NCBI GenBank assembly: GCA_013265495.1
Contig: MU057887.1
Coordinates: forward strand, 2,699,576-2,761,575
Length of the DNA: 62,000 bases
Reading direction: 5' to 3'
Origin: Vicugna vicugna
Taxonomy: Eukaryota
Translations under genes and position numbers: made by a program
Shown here: piece by piece, positions 1 to 11,614 of the stretch
Layout: every line of letters starts with the position of its first letter
Position numbering within the stretch: position 1 is the stretch's first letter
The notes under the pieces: model-generated
What the model saw: only the letters and a program-made list of their open reading frames with translations
Told to the model about the DNA's origin: nothing
The model's database searches: none

Positions 1-2262
1 TCAAGCTTCTGGAAGTTAAACTGAAATAATGCATAAAAAACCAACAGACCACAGAAATCAGTCTCCTGCTGCTGGGAGAGGCCGGGCAGCGGCTCAGTGC
101 CGGGGGCTGGCTCCCGCTCTGAGCACGGGCGGCATTAGACCCCAGCCCGGGCGGGGCGGGGCCCCTGGGTGGGCAGGAGCCTTCTGCAGGCTGGAGGGTC
201 CCTGGGAAAGAGACAGGATGCTCCGGGGTCCCAGGTCCAGGCCCCCCCGGTGGGTGACTCTGCTCAGGGCGGGGGCAGGTCTGCACTCAAGACAGTGATG
301 CTCAGGGAATCGCTGTGGAAACCCAGGAGCAGAGAGGAACATTCTACCCACACCCGCCACCGCGCTGCCTCCCAGCACAGGGGCCGCATAGCCAGAGAGA
401 CACGGGCGCTGTCTCTGCTGGGTCTAGACCACGAAACAGTCCCTGATGGGAGTCGGGAGGCTCCCATCCAAGCAGGGCGTGCCCTAAAGCACGAGCTGAG
501 GGGGGCCGGGCTCTGGGGCCTGGAGCCGGAGCAGCAGGTGTCCGGGGGGTCCCGGAGGGGCCCTCGCTTCTGAGACTCTCCCAGGCCCCGAGACCTCTCA
601 CGCCTCCAGAAACTCAATGTCGGGTTCTAAAAATTTACACGATTAATCATAAATTTCCACCACAGAATTTTTTTCTTAAATAAGCTTTCAAATTTATGAG
701 CGAGCATGGAAATCTCCCGTCAGATATAAGTCAGAGCCACAAAAACGATTAAGCAGGAATTCTAATTTTTAATGAAGCAGCTGACCCAGGCTGAGTAATA
801 AAAACCAGACCCCATCTTCTCAGTTCGTCTCATGATGAGTTTGTCCCTCTGAGTCTCGGGAGTGGCTGCAGTCCTGCGACGGCCACAGACGGCCCCGAGC
901 GATCCAGCGATCCAGCGTGAGCCCCTCAGCCCCAGCCCGCCGAGGGTCCTCGAGGGCTGAGCCTGCGGCCCAGGCTCCTCTGCGCTCTCCTAGACAGAGG
1001 CGCTGTGGCCACAGCACAGACCATGAGCCCAGCCAAGGGTGTGACTTGCATGCACAGAGACCAAGGAGCTGGCAGGGAGCCGATGGCTGGGAGTGGGTGG
1101 GACGTGGGTGCACCTCTGGCTCAGGGAAGGAGCCTGGGCCCCACTCAGTCTGGCCACACGGGCCGTGGACGAACCCCAGGGCCAGAGCTGCCTGGCAGAA
1201 TCTGCCCAGAGCCTTCCTACAGCACAGGAGGGGAGGTGGTTGTGGCTGCAGGTAGAACCAGGGAGGAGCAGTGAGCCCGGCTCCGAGGCCGGCTTCCGGG
1301 TCTGCTCTGTGCATCCCGGGCACTGACCCTGAGAAAGTCACCTGGGCTCCCACGACCTCCGAAACAGTGTGACCGTCAAATTCAGGACACCTACCTGTCC
1401 ACGCCACCCTCCTCTCGCTGAGGACCACCCACCCCTGTGGGTAGAGACACCTGCAATGCGTGTGCCTCGTCTGGAGCTAGAAAGAAAGAAACCCAGGAGG
1501 CAGCAGGGGGCGGCGCGGCCCCAGGATGGGGGCCCATGGAGCCTGGCGGATGGTCCCTGACGGGGCCCGAGGCCACTGGGCCCACCAGCCCCTGCCCGCT
1601 GCTGCGTCCACGACAGCTTGCCCACCACCGCGTGATGAAACGCCATCACGGCCACACTTATTTTTGTCTTCTCCGTCTATTTTGGGAAGCGGATTCTTAG
1701 ATCAGCAATTAGAAATGTCACTTGTACTTTGGGAAGGGGGGAGTTTGCGAAGTCTACAAGTGAGAATAGCAATCAGCTTCGCTGACAACTTCAATGGTAC
1801 AAAAATGGTAATTAATTGTAAATTTTTGATGGAATGTATAATATTTATCTATTTTGAACTTTTATCTGATCAGCAGCAAGCTCTGGTGCCTGACTTCCCT
1901 TCTCATCTGATGTCTATAGTTAGCATCTTGATTATTTTTTCATTAAAAGTTTCCACGGGGAAGGACGCAGCTCCTTAAAAACGAGCATCAAGGTCAAGGA
2001 AACCTCGGGCGTCCGACCAGGGACCTCGAGCCAGGCGCGCTGCTCTCCGGGGCCCGGGCTTCGCAGGGGTGGGGTCGGGGGGGCCGAGACAGGGGAGAGG
2101 ACCGGGGTTCGCCGCCCAGAACCTCGCAGCCCGAGAGAGTCAGACGGGGCACGTGCAGGTTGCCGGCCATCCCGGGCTTGGCTCCTGCCCTCCACCTACT
2201 CACATGTCTGTCGTCACAGAAGGTTGGTCGCTGTAAAGGTGACAGAACCACGTCTGAGGGGG

Positions 2263-2553
2263 TGACAGACAGCTCAGAGGCTGCAGCAAAGAGCCACAGA
2301 CAGGGGCCTTAAACAGCAGAAACAGAAATGGATCCTCTCCCAGTCCTGGAGGCTAGATGCTCACCATCAAGGTGGCGGCAGGGCTGGTTTCGGCTGACGG
2401 ACCCCAGCCGTGCCGGGTCAGAGCCCACCCATGTGACCTCATTTTACTTGAATCACCTGTTAAAGGCCCTGTTTCCAAACACGATCCCATTCTCAGGTCC
2501 TGGGGGTCAGAGGGCAACCGTGAGCCTGGGCGGACGCCGCCCAGCCCACAACA
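2263..2553 (-). mobile_element. MLT1 (MaLR) LTR
   Basis: ggctgc...cttaaacagcagaaa...cagtcctggaggctaga...atcaaggtggcggcagggctggttt...tgacctcattttacttgaatcacctgttaaaggccctgtttccaaa...cagcccacaaca. Confidence 0.75.
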
Positions 2554-5500
2554 GACGGCAAGGGCCCAGGCCAACTCAGGGACGCTCACGCCTCCCGTGG
2601 GCACGTTTCAGGTCCTGCTGCAGGACGCCGGGCTCCGGGGCCCTGAAGGGCGGGACTCGGGGCGCCAGGTCTGTGGTTGCTCTGAGCGGCATCACTTGGT
2701 TTCATTAGTTTCCTGCCCCATAGTCATGGTGTTCTAACGCTGATTAGAGGAAAGAAGGAAAAAGTCGTTGCCTGCTCTTGCCAGGCTAGGGGAGAGGGCA
2801 GCCGAGACCTCCACAGATTTACCGCTGCCGTTGCCACTCGGCATCCTGGGAGCCCTGCCGTTAGCCCCCAACCCCAGGCGAGGATGCCTGCTGGCAGGTG
2901 GGGGGGTCGGTGGTGCACTCTAACCCCCTGGGTTAACGCTTGCCGCGAGGATGAAGGGAGGCGGAGATGCCGGGGCCGAGCCCGGCTCACCGACTGTGCT
3001 CCAGGCACTGGAAGGTCCTGTCTTGCTGGCAGAATGTCTGCTTCTCACTTTGGGGCCCTCACAGGTCTTTGTTCCCATGCCCCAGGCCAGCCTTCGCTGC
3101 CCAAGGGTCTTGCTTTTCTTTTCCAGGATCCTTGCTTCCACCATCACCCTGACCCCTGACCTCGGCAAGGACAGGCAGCTTGGCCCCTCGAGAAATTGCT
3201 CCATTGGGGTTGGGGGTGGGGCTGCAAAGTCTGCTGGGGGTTCCCTCCCTGTGCAGCCCCCACAGGGGCAGCCCAGGTCACTGTGTTTATGAGGTCCGCC
3301 CTCAGCCCCAGGGCCTCTGTTCACTGACCACCCCGCAGTGCTCCCTGTCCCCTGAACTGCTGACCCCGTCTTCATGGAGCTCCGCCCAGGGCTGCCAGAT
3401 GGTCTTAGAAGAGTAAGGAGCAGGCAACACAAATCATTCGTCCAAAAACAGAAAAAAAGCGTGCAGACAGGCACACGCACACTCGTGCGCTTAGAAGCAG
3501 AGAATTTACTGCTGCAGTCTATACGGTCTTGTATTTTGCATGATAAATTAAGAATGTGTTTTGATCTAATTTTTAATTATGTCTTCAAATCTCTTTCGCT
3601 CCCCAACCACTCAGCAGCACTCATTTCAAATTTTCTACAGCCCAGCACTCAATCTGCTGGTTTCATCAGCGCCCGGATTACCTGCCCCCAGCAGTCAAAC
3701 TCCTTCCACCAAGGCATCCGACCGAGGAGCTGAAGCAGAGCAGTGGGTGAGGCTTAAGAAATTTCGAATAGCAGATTTTCTGCTGAAAACAAATTCTCTT
3801 TGCACTCATCAAGATGTGCTGTTCCCGCAAGTGATGAGAACAGGTGCTCAGGCCTCTAGAGGGGCCTTCCGGGGTTTAGAGGATGCTCTCTATTCTGGGG
3901 AAGATTCTGACAATTAGCTGAATCCCAGGCACTCCTGAGATCTCTATGGTGAAGGATCAGAGACAGCTGCTCTGCAGATGTGGGGCCCTGCGTGCTCATC
4001 CATCCCCTCACCCAGCGTCTCCAGGGGCTGCTGTGGTCCAGCACTGATCCGGCTGCTGGGCAGCATCCATGCAGCATCCATGCACAGCCACCATGCACAC
4101 AGCTGCTTCTCCGATAGTTACCCTCAGTGCACGAGCTGATTAGCATGAGTGAAGCAAGCCTGGGGGCGGTTGTCCAGCTCCCCAGCTCCCCCTGAGTCCT
4201 GTGGTGAGCAGGACGGTGAGGGCTGCCTGGAGACTGCTCTCCTGGTGCCCAGGGAGCTCCGTGTCAAGGCCAGAGGGCTACGTGAAAGGAGGACAGAGCA
4301 GAGGGGCCTCTCGCTACTTGTTTGAGGCATACAGCCCAGTTCCAGCATCCTGAGATGCAAGGGACACCACTCCTCCTCGGAGCTCCAGGGCGGCCGCCCA
4401 GGCAGGGGCAGAAGCGGCGCCCCCAGCACTTAGTCTGGACGCCGACAGCTGTGCGACCAAGCGGCGTCTGGACCTCCTCAGGGCGAGGACTCCCAGAAAC
4501 ATCTCCATAAGGTGTACAAGAACAGAGGCCCTTGGTAGAGGGACCTGACCCCACACCGACAGATGGAGAGGGTGGGAGGCTGCGTCTGCAGAAGGTGGGG
4601 CATGCCTGGCTTCCCCTGGGGCCTGCTGAGCATCCTGCTGGCCCGGGGTGAGCAGCTCAGCTTTGCCTGCCGCTCCAGGGCTGGTGCCCTTTGTGATGTA
4701 AGTCAGTGCACCAGCAATGGTCCTTTTTGCTGACCAATGCAAGGGGGCACCTGGTGGCGGAGGACCTTGGTCAGGCCAGGAAATCAGAGTCTTGTCCTGG
4801 AGCTAACAGGAGCCCCTGCTAAGACACTGAGTCCCCAAACGTGGGGCCCCTCAGACCTGAGCAGTCTGGGCCGCCTGGCAGCCCTCCATCCCCGACCACG
4901 GCGCTGATCACCGCGGACAGACTCCTGCTCCCGCCGCAGCACAAACACTCTAAATCGAATTGGTGAGATGTTAAACGTCGCCTCCCCCACCTGCTGTGCA
5001 GAGTCAGGTCAAAAATAGGTAACGTTCATTGCATTACTTGGCATAAACATGATTTTAATAATTACCATGGGCCAGAACCTGTGCCTGTTCTTGAATAATG
5101 AGCATTGAATTCTATTATCGCTCAGTATTAAATATCTCCCAGCGCGGTTCCCTGCGCAGGCTGGCGAGGAGCCGGCCGTGGCGCGCAGCTCCCCTCCCTC
5201 ACGTGTGCGGGCGAGATGAGCGCTCTGCTCTTCTTCCGAGGCCTCGAGGACATGCCGTGTTGCAGCTGTGGAAAGTCGCATCTGAGTTCTATTCTGCATT
5301 TTGTAGTGAAGGGGATTTGCTTGGATTTGTTATAATTTTAGGTAGTTTTTGTTCACTGGAGATTCTGATTATTCGCTACCCGGAGACACATGTAAGTCTC
5401 ATGATGATGTCTTCACGATTGAAACAGTTTATCTGCAATTCTGACTTGTGCCATGAGCGTCAGGATCCCGGGCACCTGGGTGACCTGAGCCCCACGTCAG

Positions 5501-6776
5501 AGCACAGAGACCATCGCACACCCATCCCTGCAGCCCCCTCGTCTTCCAGTTAAAGACAGTGAAGCCCAGAGAGGTTAACTGACATGTCCAAGTTTACCTG
5601 AATAATTTAAGAGCCTTTGGCAACACGAATGAAGTCTGCATTTCAAACAGCTAACTCCCAGGTGTATTTAGCCGGTCAGTTTGATTCACCAGCCTGCGTC
5701 CCAAGGAGGTGGGAGAGGCGGATGTGCTGGCCGTGAGCCCCGGAATGTGCTCGCTGCTGCACAAGTCCAGAGAGCCCTCTCGGGGTGTGGTTTTAGAAAA
5801 CACGGGGCTCTCTCCTGAGCAGTTAGAAGGAGGGGTTATTAAGTGAGAAGTTCATGAAGTGAGGGGTGCTCACGCACACACATGCATGTCACACACCAGC
5901 ATGCACACTCGCACATGCAGAGGAGAGATGCAGGGACACAACTATCCGATGCTACCGTGTGATGCTGGCACTCCAGCCATAAAACCTCATTTTGGAGATT
6001 CCACAACAGGCTCAATAGACGATCCCATTTTATCCCCAGAAAAAAAAATCCCAGTTGAGAGGCAGGTGTTACAATGATGGTTTTGCAAGCGAAAAAAACG
6101 GAAATCCATGGAGTTTAAAGAACTAGCTCCAAAGCGCGTGGGCAGGAGGTGCCCTTGCAGGGCCCACGGGCACGCAGCCCTGTCCGTCCCCAGTGTTCCT
6201 GCCTGTGCAGGAACGTCCCTCCCCTCCCCGCGCGAGTCTCTGGCGTTGTCCCTGGCCCCTGTGTCTACCCCGGGCCCTGACAGCCTGCCTTCCCGAAGCG
6301 CCACACGTCCTGCCTTCGAGTCAGGGGCTGTGAGGTGCTACACGTCAGGGCTGCACCTTCCGGAATGTATTCGTAGGAACTGTGTGGTTTCTTGGGGATT
6401 ATGGACGGGATTTTTGGTTTACTTCCGCTTGGAAGTGGGTATTTCTGAAAAACAATGTTTTTCTGTTAATTTACCTTGTACCCCAGCAGTGCTACATCGT
6501 GCGTAACTTCGAGAGGCGTTTTGGGGGCAGTCTCTGGTTTGCTAGGAAGGCAATCACACTGTGGGCCAGTGAGCACTAGTCTTTCTACGTTAATTACATG
6601 TCTAAGAACATCCCGACCAGATTCTTAATGCAGCACTGGACAAAGCCATTTTAAACTGCACGTAGAGGACAGATACTCCGGGAACGGCTGTTTTTCAAAC
6701 GCAGTGTGAGTAGCTGCTTCAGTCCAAACAGGATGACAAATTCACAGACAGACAAACAGATCAATGGAACATGATA

Positions 6777-7096
6777 ATCAGACAGTAACTCGGGCTCCGC
6801 TGTCCGGGTGTTTCGGAGATGTGGTTGACAGCCACAGCTGGTTGACCCTGAGTAGGGAGCGGCCCTTGACTGTGTGCGTGGATGTCATCCGCTCAGCTGA
6901 AAACTTTCCGAGCAAAAGCTGAGACTTCCCGGAGAAGAAGGAAGTCGGCCTCAGGAGTTCAGCACCAGCTCCCGCCTGAGTTTGCCCCTGCTGGCCCGCC
7001 CGGCAGACTCTGGACTCGCCGGCCCCCAGCATCGTGGGACGCCACTCCTGGGAAGCCCTATTTGTTGTGTTTGTTGGGAGAAGCCCGACTGACACA
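6777..7096 (+). mobile_element. MLT2-type LTR (5' LTR of an ERV-L remnant)
   Basis: Matches recalled MLT2 motifs (gatgtggttgaca...gagcaaaagctgagacttcccggagaagaaggaa...cctgagtttgcccctgctggcc...gaagcccgactgacaca) and is directly followed by ERV-L internal sequence. Confidence 0.75.
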
Positions 7097-8990
7097 GGCT
7101 TTGACACTGAGAGAGGGTCTCAACGGACAACTCTTATGGACAAGTTTCTGCACTGGTTCCAGGATTCCTGGAATAAGTTCTGGAATCTGGTTTGATTTAA
7201 AGGTGCTCCTGGCTCTGTTTGCGTCGTGTGATGTGGCAGCAGAGACACGCGAAAGAGCGGAACTGCGTGCTCTGGGTGGGAAGCCCCTAAGGGGCGGGGC
7301 TCTGGGTGACCGTTAATTTGATACCTCGGAACGTTTGTCCAGCTGGTGAGTGTGACAAGGTCAGCTGGTGGCTCCTCATGATGTCACACAGAGTGGGGAC
7401 GGACAGACCTCCCGCTCACGCACCCACGTGACAGCAGGCCCCGCGTCCCACTCCTGCTGCCGCAGAGCTCAGAGTCCTGGAACCAAACCCAGAGGCTCGC
7501 CTGCCAGTGTCGTATCGCAGCAGAAGGTGGCTTCCCAGCGTCGTGGGGTGTCTGCTGTTGAAGTGAGGACCTTGACTGGGAAGGAGGTGACTGTTCTGAA
7601 AGATGCAGCTGATTCTCAGGCCCACCTGCCACCACCCTCTCGGCTTCCAGACCCAGGACTGGACTCGAGCCCAGCGGGCCCTGAAAGGCGAGCTTCAGAG
7701 AGCAAGCCGAAAGGCAGCGGGCCCGCTGCCCCCGGAAGAGCTGCGTTTTCTCAGCTTCTACAGACAGAGCCCGGGGACCCGCGTGGAGACAGAAGTTGGG
7801 GGTGTGGGGCGGCGCTGGGAGGAGCAAAGCCGGATCGGGCGGCAGGCGCTGCCGCGGGCCCACTGAGCAGAATCGGGATGCAGCGCCGTAGCTCCTGCGG
7901 TAGGTTTTGGGCGACTGAAACAGAGATCAAAGGTGGAAGTGCCGGAGCCACCGTCGCGCACGGGGAGGAGGGGTTTCACGGCCCGACGAGAGGGCGGGCG
8001 GATTCCTCCTCCTGTGAGCCTGCTTGCTCGCCTGGGGGGCCGTAGGACACACCCGGCCCCCTGGCCGTGAGCAGCGGGTTTGTGCAGGGGCCCCAGCGCT
8101 GGGGAAGCCCTCGGCTGTCCCTCTCCTCTGCAGGGGAGGAATCACAGCGTGACTGCTGCCACCGAAGGGGGTCCTTCCTCAGTGCTGCAGGGAGTCACTG
8201 CATCCGAGGGGGTGGGGCCCGGGCAGCAGCCCCTGCCAGGCGGGCGGCAGAGTCGCAGCCGCGACCAGCGCGTGGGCCAGCCGACTGCGGTGCTCCTGGA
8301 ACGGGGGACTGGTGGTCTGCTGCGTTTTCACTGAGCTGTGGATGTGGAGGAGTTCTAGGTCAAGTGAACGGAAGTCTAATTTGAAGGACAAACTCAGAGC
8401 CAGTGCCCCTCAGCCTGTTCCCAGACTTGAACCAGTTCCCAGGCCCAGAGCCTCTTGACTGAAGGGAAGGCCAGGCCTCCTGGAGGATTGGCCCTGCCAC
8501 GTGGCCCAAAGTGTCTGCTGTCTGTGCCATTAACTCTGCTCTGCTCGCCTTTCCCCAGCTTTCCTCAGAAGAACCCACAGCCTTGGCCAGGGCGCCCGTG
8601 TTTTGGGAGAAATAGAACAGTCTGACTTTGCAGGAAGTACTGGACCCCGGCTCTGAGCTGACTCTCGTCTCAGGCAACTCAAAGCATCACTGTGGCCCGC
8701 CTGTCAGAGCCCGGGCTTATGGAGGTCAGGCAGCCAGAGGGGTTTTATCTCAGGTCCCTCTCACAGCAAGCCCGGTGGGGCTCCAGACACAACCTGTGGC
8801 CGTTTCTCTAGCTCCTGAACACATAATTGGCACAGACATTCTCAGCCGCTGCTAGCATCCCACGCTGGCTCCCTGACCTGTGAAAGGACGGCTCTCACGG
8901 TGGGAAAGACCAAAGGGAGTCCACTGGAACTTCCTCCACCTAGAAACCTGGAAGCTGGAATCAGCGGTGTTCACAGAAGGGCTGCTGCTC
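7097..8990 (+). mobile_element. ERV-L internal remnant (leader, degraded gag, protease)
   Basis: Leader resembles the ERVL-int start. There is a gag-like peptide QQKVASQRRGVSAVEVRTLTGKE near 7517-7585 and a protease-like peptide from 8628. Confidence 0.8.
8628..8941 (+). pseudogene. Degenerate ERV-L aspartic protease
   Basis: VLDPGSELTLVSGNSKHHCGPPVRARAYGGQ...PEHIIGTDILS resembles recalled ERV-L LLDTGSELTLIPGDPKHHCGPPVRVGAYGGQ...PECIIGIDILS. The DTG motif is changed to DPG, there is a stop at 8853-8855, and a frameshift leads into VGKTKGSPLELP. Confidence 0.85.
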
Positions 8991-9469
8991 CCCAGGGGGG
9001 TGAGGAAGAGCACGTCCGGAACCGGAGGTCCCTCAGGAGTCCCAGGCCCACATCCGTGGGGCCAAGGTCGATGGGAAACCACACCCCACCCAGCAGGACT
9101 TGTAAGGCAGTTGGCGCGGAGGTGAGTGGGCGATGTCGAGGGGCGAGACTGGAGGGCGAAGGGCTCTTGAGTGAGGGGTCGTGTCCTGCAGAGCCGGCCC
9201 ACAGCGTAAGTGACATGGGATGTGCTAAAAGAGAGGCAGCAGTGTGCACGTTGGCCCCTGTTCCCTCGGACCAGAGCACAGCGCCTGGAAGCTGTGTGGG
9301 TCTGACAAGCCTAGCGGGGGGGGGGGGCCTCGGGAGCCAGAGACTGCAGAGGACACAGACACGCTGGCAAGGCTGAGGTGTGGGACCTGTGCCAGGTGCC
9401 GGCCCTGTCCTGAGGACCCACGCGTGCCCACCGTCTCCTACAGAGCCCAGGGAGGGTGCCATCACGCAC

Positions 9470-9600
9470 CTCCTTTGTCCAATGAGGAGGACGAGCCACA
9501 GAGAGGTTGGGGACTTGCCCCTCGTCTTGTAGGTGGAAAGGGGCAGTGCCAGGATTGGACACCAGGCAGTCTGGCCTCAACCACGGCTCAATACTGCCTT
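9470..9600 (-). mobile_element. MIR SINE fragment
   Basis: atgaggaggacgagccacagagaggttggggacttgccc...ccaggattggacaccaggcagtctggc resembles the MIR core. Confidence 0.55.
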
Positions 9601-9989
9601 CTGTCCAAGCAAAGAGAAAGGGGGCCGCAGAGGGAGCAGAGAGCTGCTCTACCAACCAGGGAAAGGGGCCACGCTTCCCAAGGCCCAGGCGGGCACCCCG
9701 GCTCCTGGCCCGGAGCCGGACCTGCGCCCTTGTGAAGACGCCCTGCTGGTGGTGCGCTGGGTGGGAGCGGGGCGGCTGGAACAGAAGCTCTTGGACTGCG
9801 CGGGTCATCCCTCTAAACACATGGATGCACTTGATTCCATCCGTACATTTTATTGAAGAGTTTTGAATCTAGATTTAGAAATGAAGTTAACATGTGATTA
9901 TATGTGATTGTATAATTTTCTTCTTCCTTTACTATTATTATCCTGTTTGGGCATTAAGTCTTCTGTCTTTTTGTGTGACCTGCCATCGT

Positions 9990-11550
9990 TTAAATATGAT
10001 TCGAAGTCAAGCAGAGCAAGAACACGGCTCAGAAATCACAAACCAGCTTCTATTGCTCAGACTGGTGCTGGTGAGACTCCCCCACATCGTTGTGTAAAGT
10101 TGCTTCTGGAGCGGGTCCCACTGTGCGGCTGTGTCGACATGTGCAAACCCATCCTGTTGATGGGCAGCTGCCGGCCGGGGGCCAGCAGAAGCCCATCCAG
10201 GAGTACTCCCGTGCGTGGCTCTGGGTGAGCCCGTGTCCACGCGTCCCCGGGGTCCACACCTGGGAATGAAGCAGCTGGATCACAGAACGTGCTCAGCGGG
10301 GGCTCCCGATGACATTACCAAGTGCTTCCCCAAAGGCACTGCGACGCGCACGTCCGCTAGCGGCAGGGAAGGGACAGCCTGCTCTGAATCCTCTCCACCT
10401 GCCGGGCCTTGGGGTTCCCCCCCATTCTGGGGCGTGGACGGTGAGCGCTCACTGGAGCTGCAGAGGCTGCCTGGAAGTCCAGTTTTTGTGAGGTGCTTAG
10501 TCAAACACTCTGCCTCGTTTTCTGTCTTTTATTGGACTGTCTTTTACTCCTTGCTAATTTGGAGTTCTTTCCGTACTGTGGACAGGAGTCCTGTGTGGGA
10601 CGTGTGTTGTGAATATCTCCTCCCCCTCCACCAGCTGCCTTCTCACTCCCTTCATGGTATTTCCTGATAAACAGAGGTTCTTAATTTCAGTAGCATCCAG
10701 TTCATCCGCTTTCCCAGCTCAGGTCCTGGTTAAGAAATCTTGCCTAGACTAAGGCGATGAGCGACACTTCCGTGCTTCCTTCTAAAAGCGCCCCTGTTCT
10801 CACATTCAGACTCGTAATCCACTTGAAATTGATTTTTATGTAAGGCAGAGTGTAAGGATCAAGATAATTTTTTCCTGTACAGCCATCCAATTGATTCCAC
10901 CCCGTCTACAGGAGCGACTGCCCTTTCTTCCCTGTACTGCAGTGCGGGCGACGTCTCGAATCATTTGTTCGAAATGAAGCTCCAGCTTATTCACCAGGCT
11001 TCCCATCACTGCCCTCTTTTTTGTTCTAGGAGCCAGTCCAGGGTCCCACAGGAAGCTCGCTGCCCTCCCTCCCGGTCTCCTCTGTCAGCCACAGTCTCAG
11101 TGCCTTTCCTCGTTGTTTGTGACCTTGGAAGTCTTGAGGGGTTTCGGCCGTGTATCTTGCAGAATGTCCTTGAAGCTGAGTGTTTCTGTTGCCTCCTCAT
11201 AATCACTTAGATGAGCTGACGGACTTCTAGAAACAGTAACGCAGGGAGGAGGGGCCCCTCTCCACACGTCGCGCCGGGGGCCTGTGACCCCACGTGCCCT
11301 GCCGGTGGCGACGCTGACCTCCAGCACAGGGTGATGCTGGCACTTACCGGGTCTCTCCACTGCCCAGTTACTGTTTTTCCTTTCTCAGTCTTTTCTTTGG
11401 AAGCCAGTCCCTGAGCCCAGCCCACTCATGGGGGAGAATCTCCACCTCCCAGAAGGAGGACCATCGGCATAGTGTTTAGAACTATTCGACAGCAAAGATT
11501 TGTCTCTTATCTCCCATTTGTTATGTATTCAGTCATTTATATCCATGTGA
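9990..11550 (-). mobile_element. Old L1M fragments (ORF2 end / 3' UTR), antisense
   Basis: L1-like minus-strand motifs (ttctttccgtactgtggacaggagtcctgtgtgggacgtgtgttgtgaatatctcctcc; ttgaaattgatttttatgtaagg) followed by an L1MC-like 3' piece. Confidence 0.6.
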
Positions 11551-11614
11551 CTCTTTCAGATTTTTTTCTACATTGTCGCATCTTTTTAAAAAATTCAGCA
11601 CTAGAGGCAGAATT

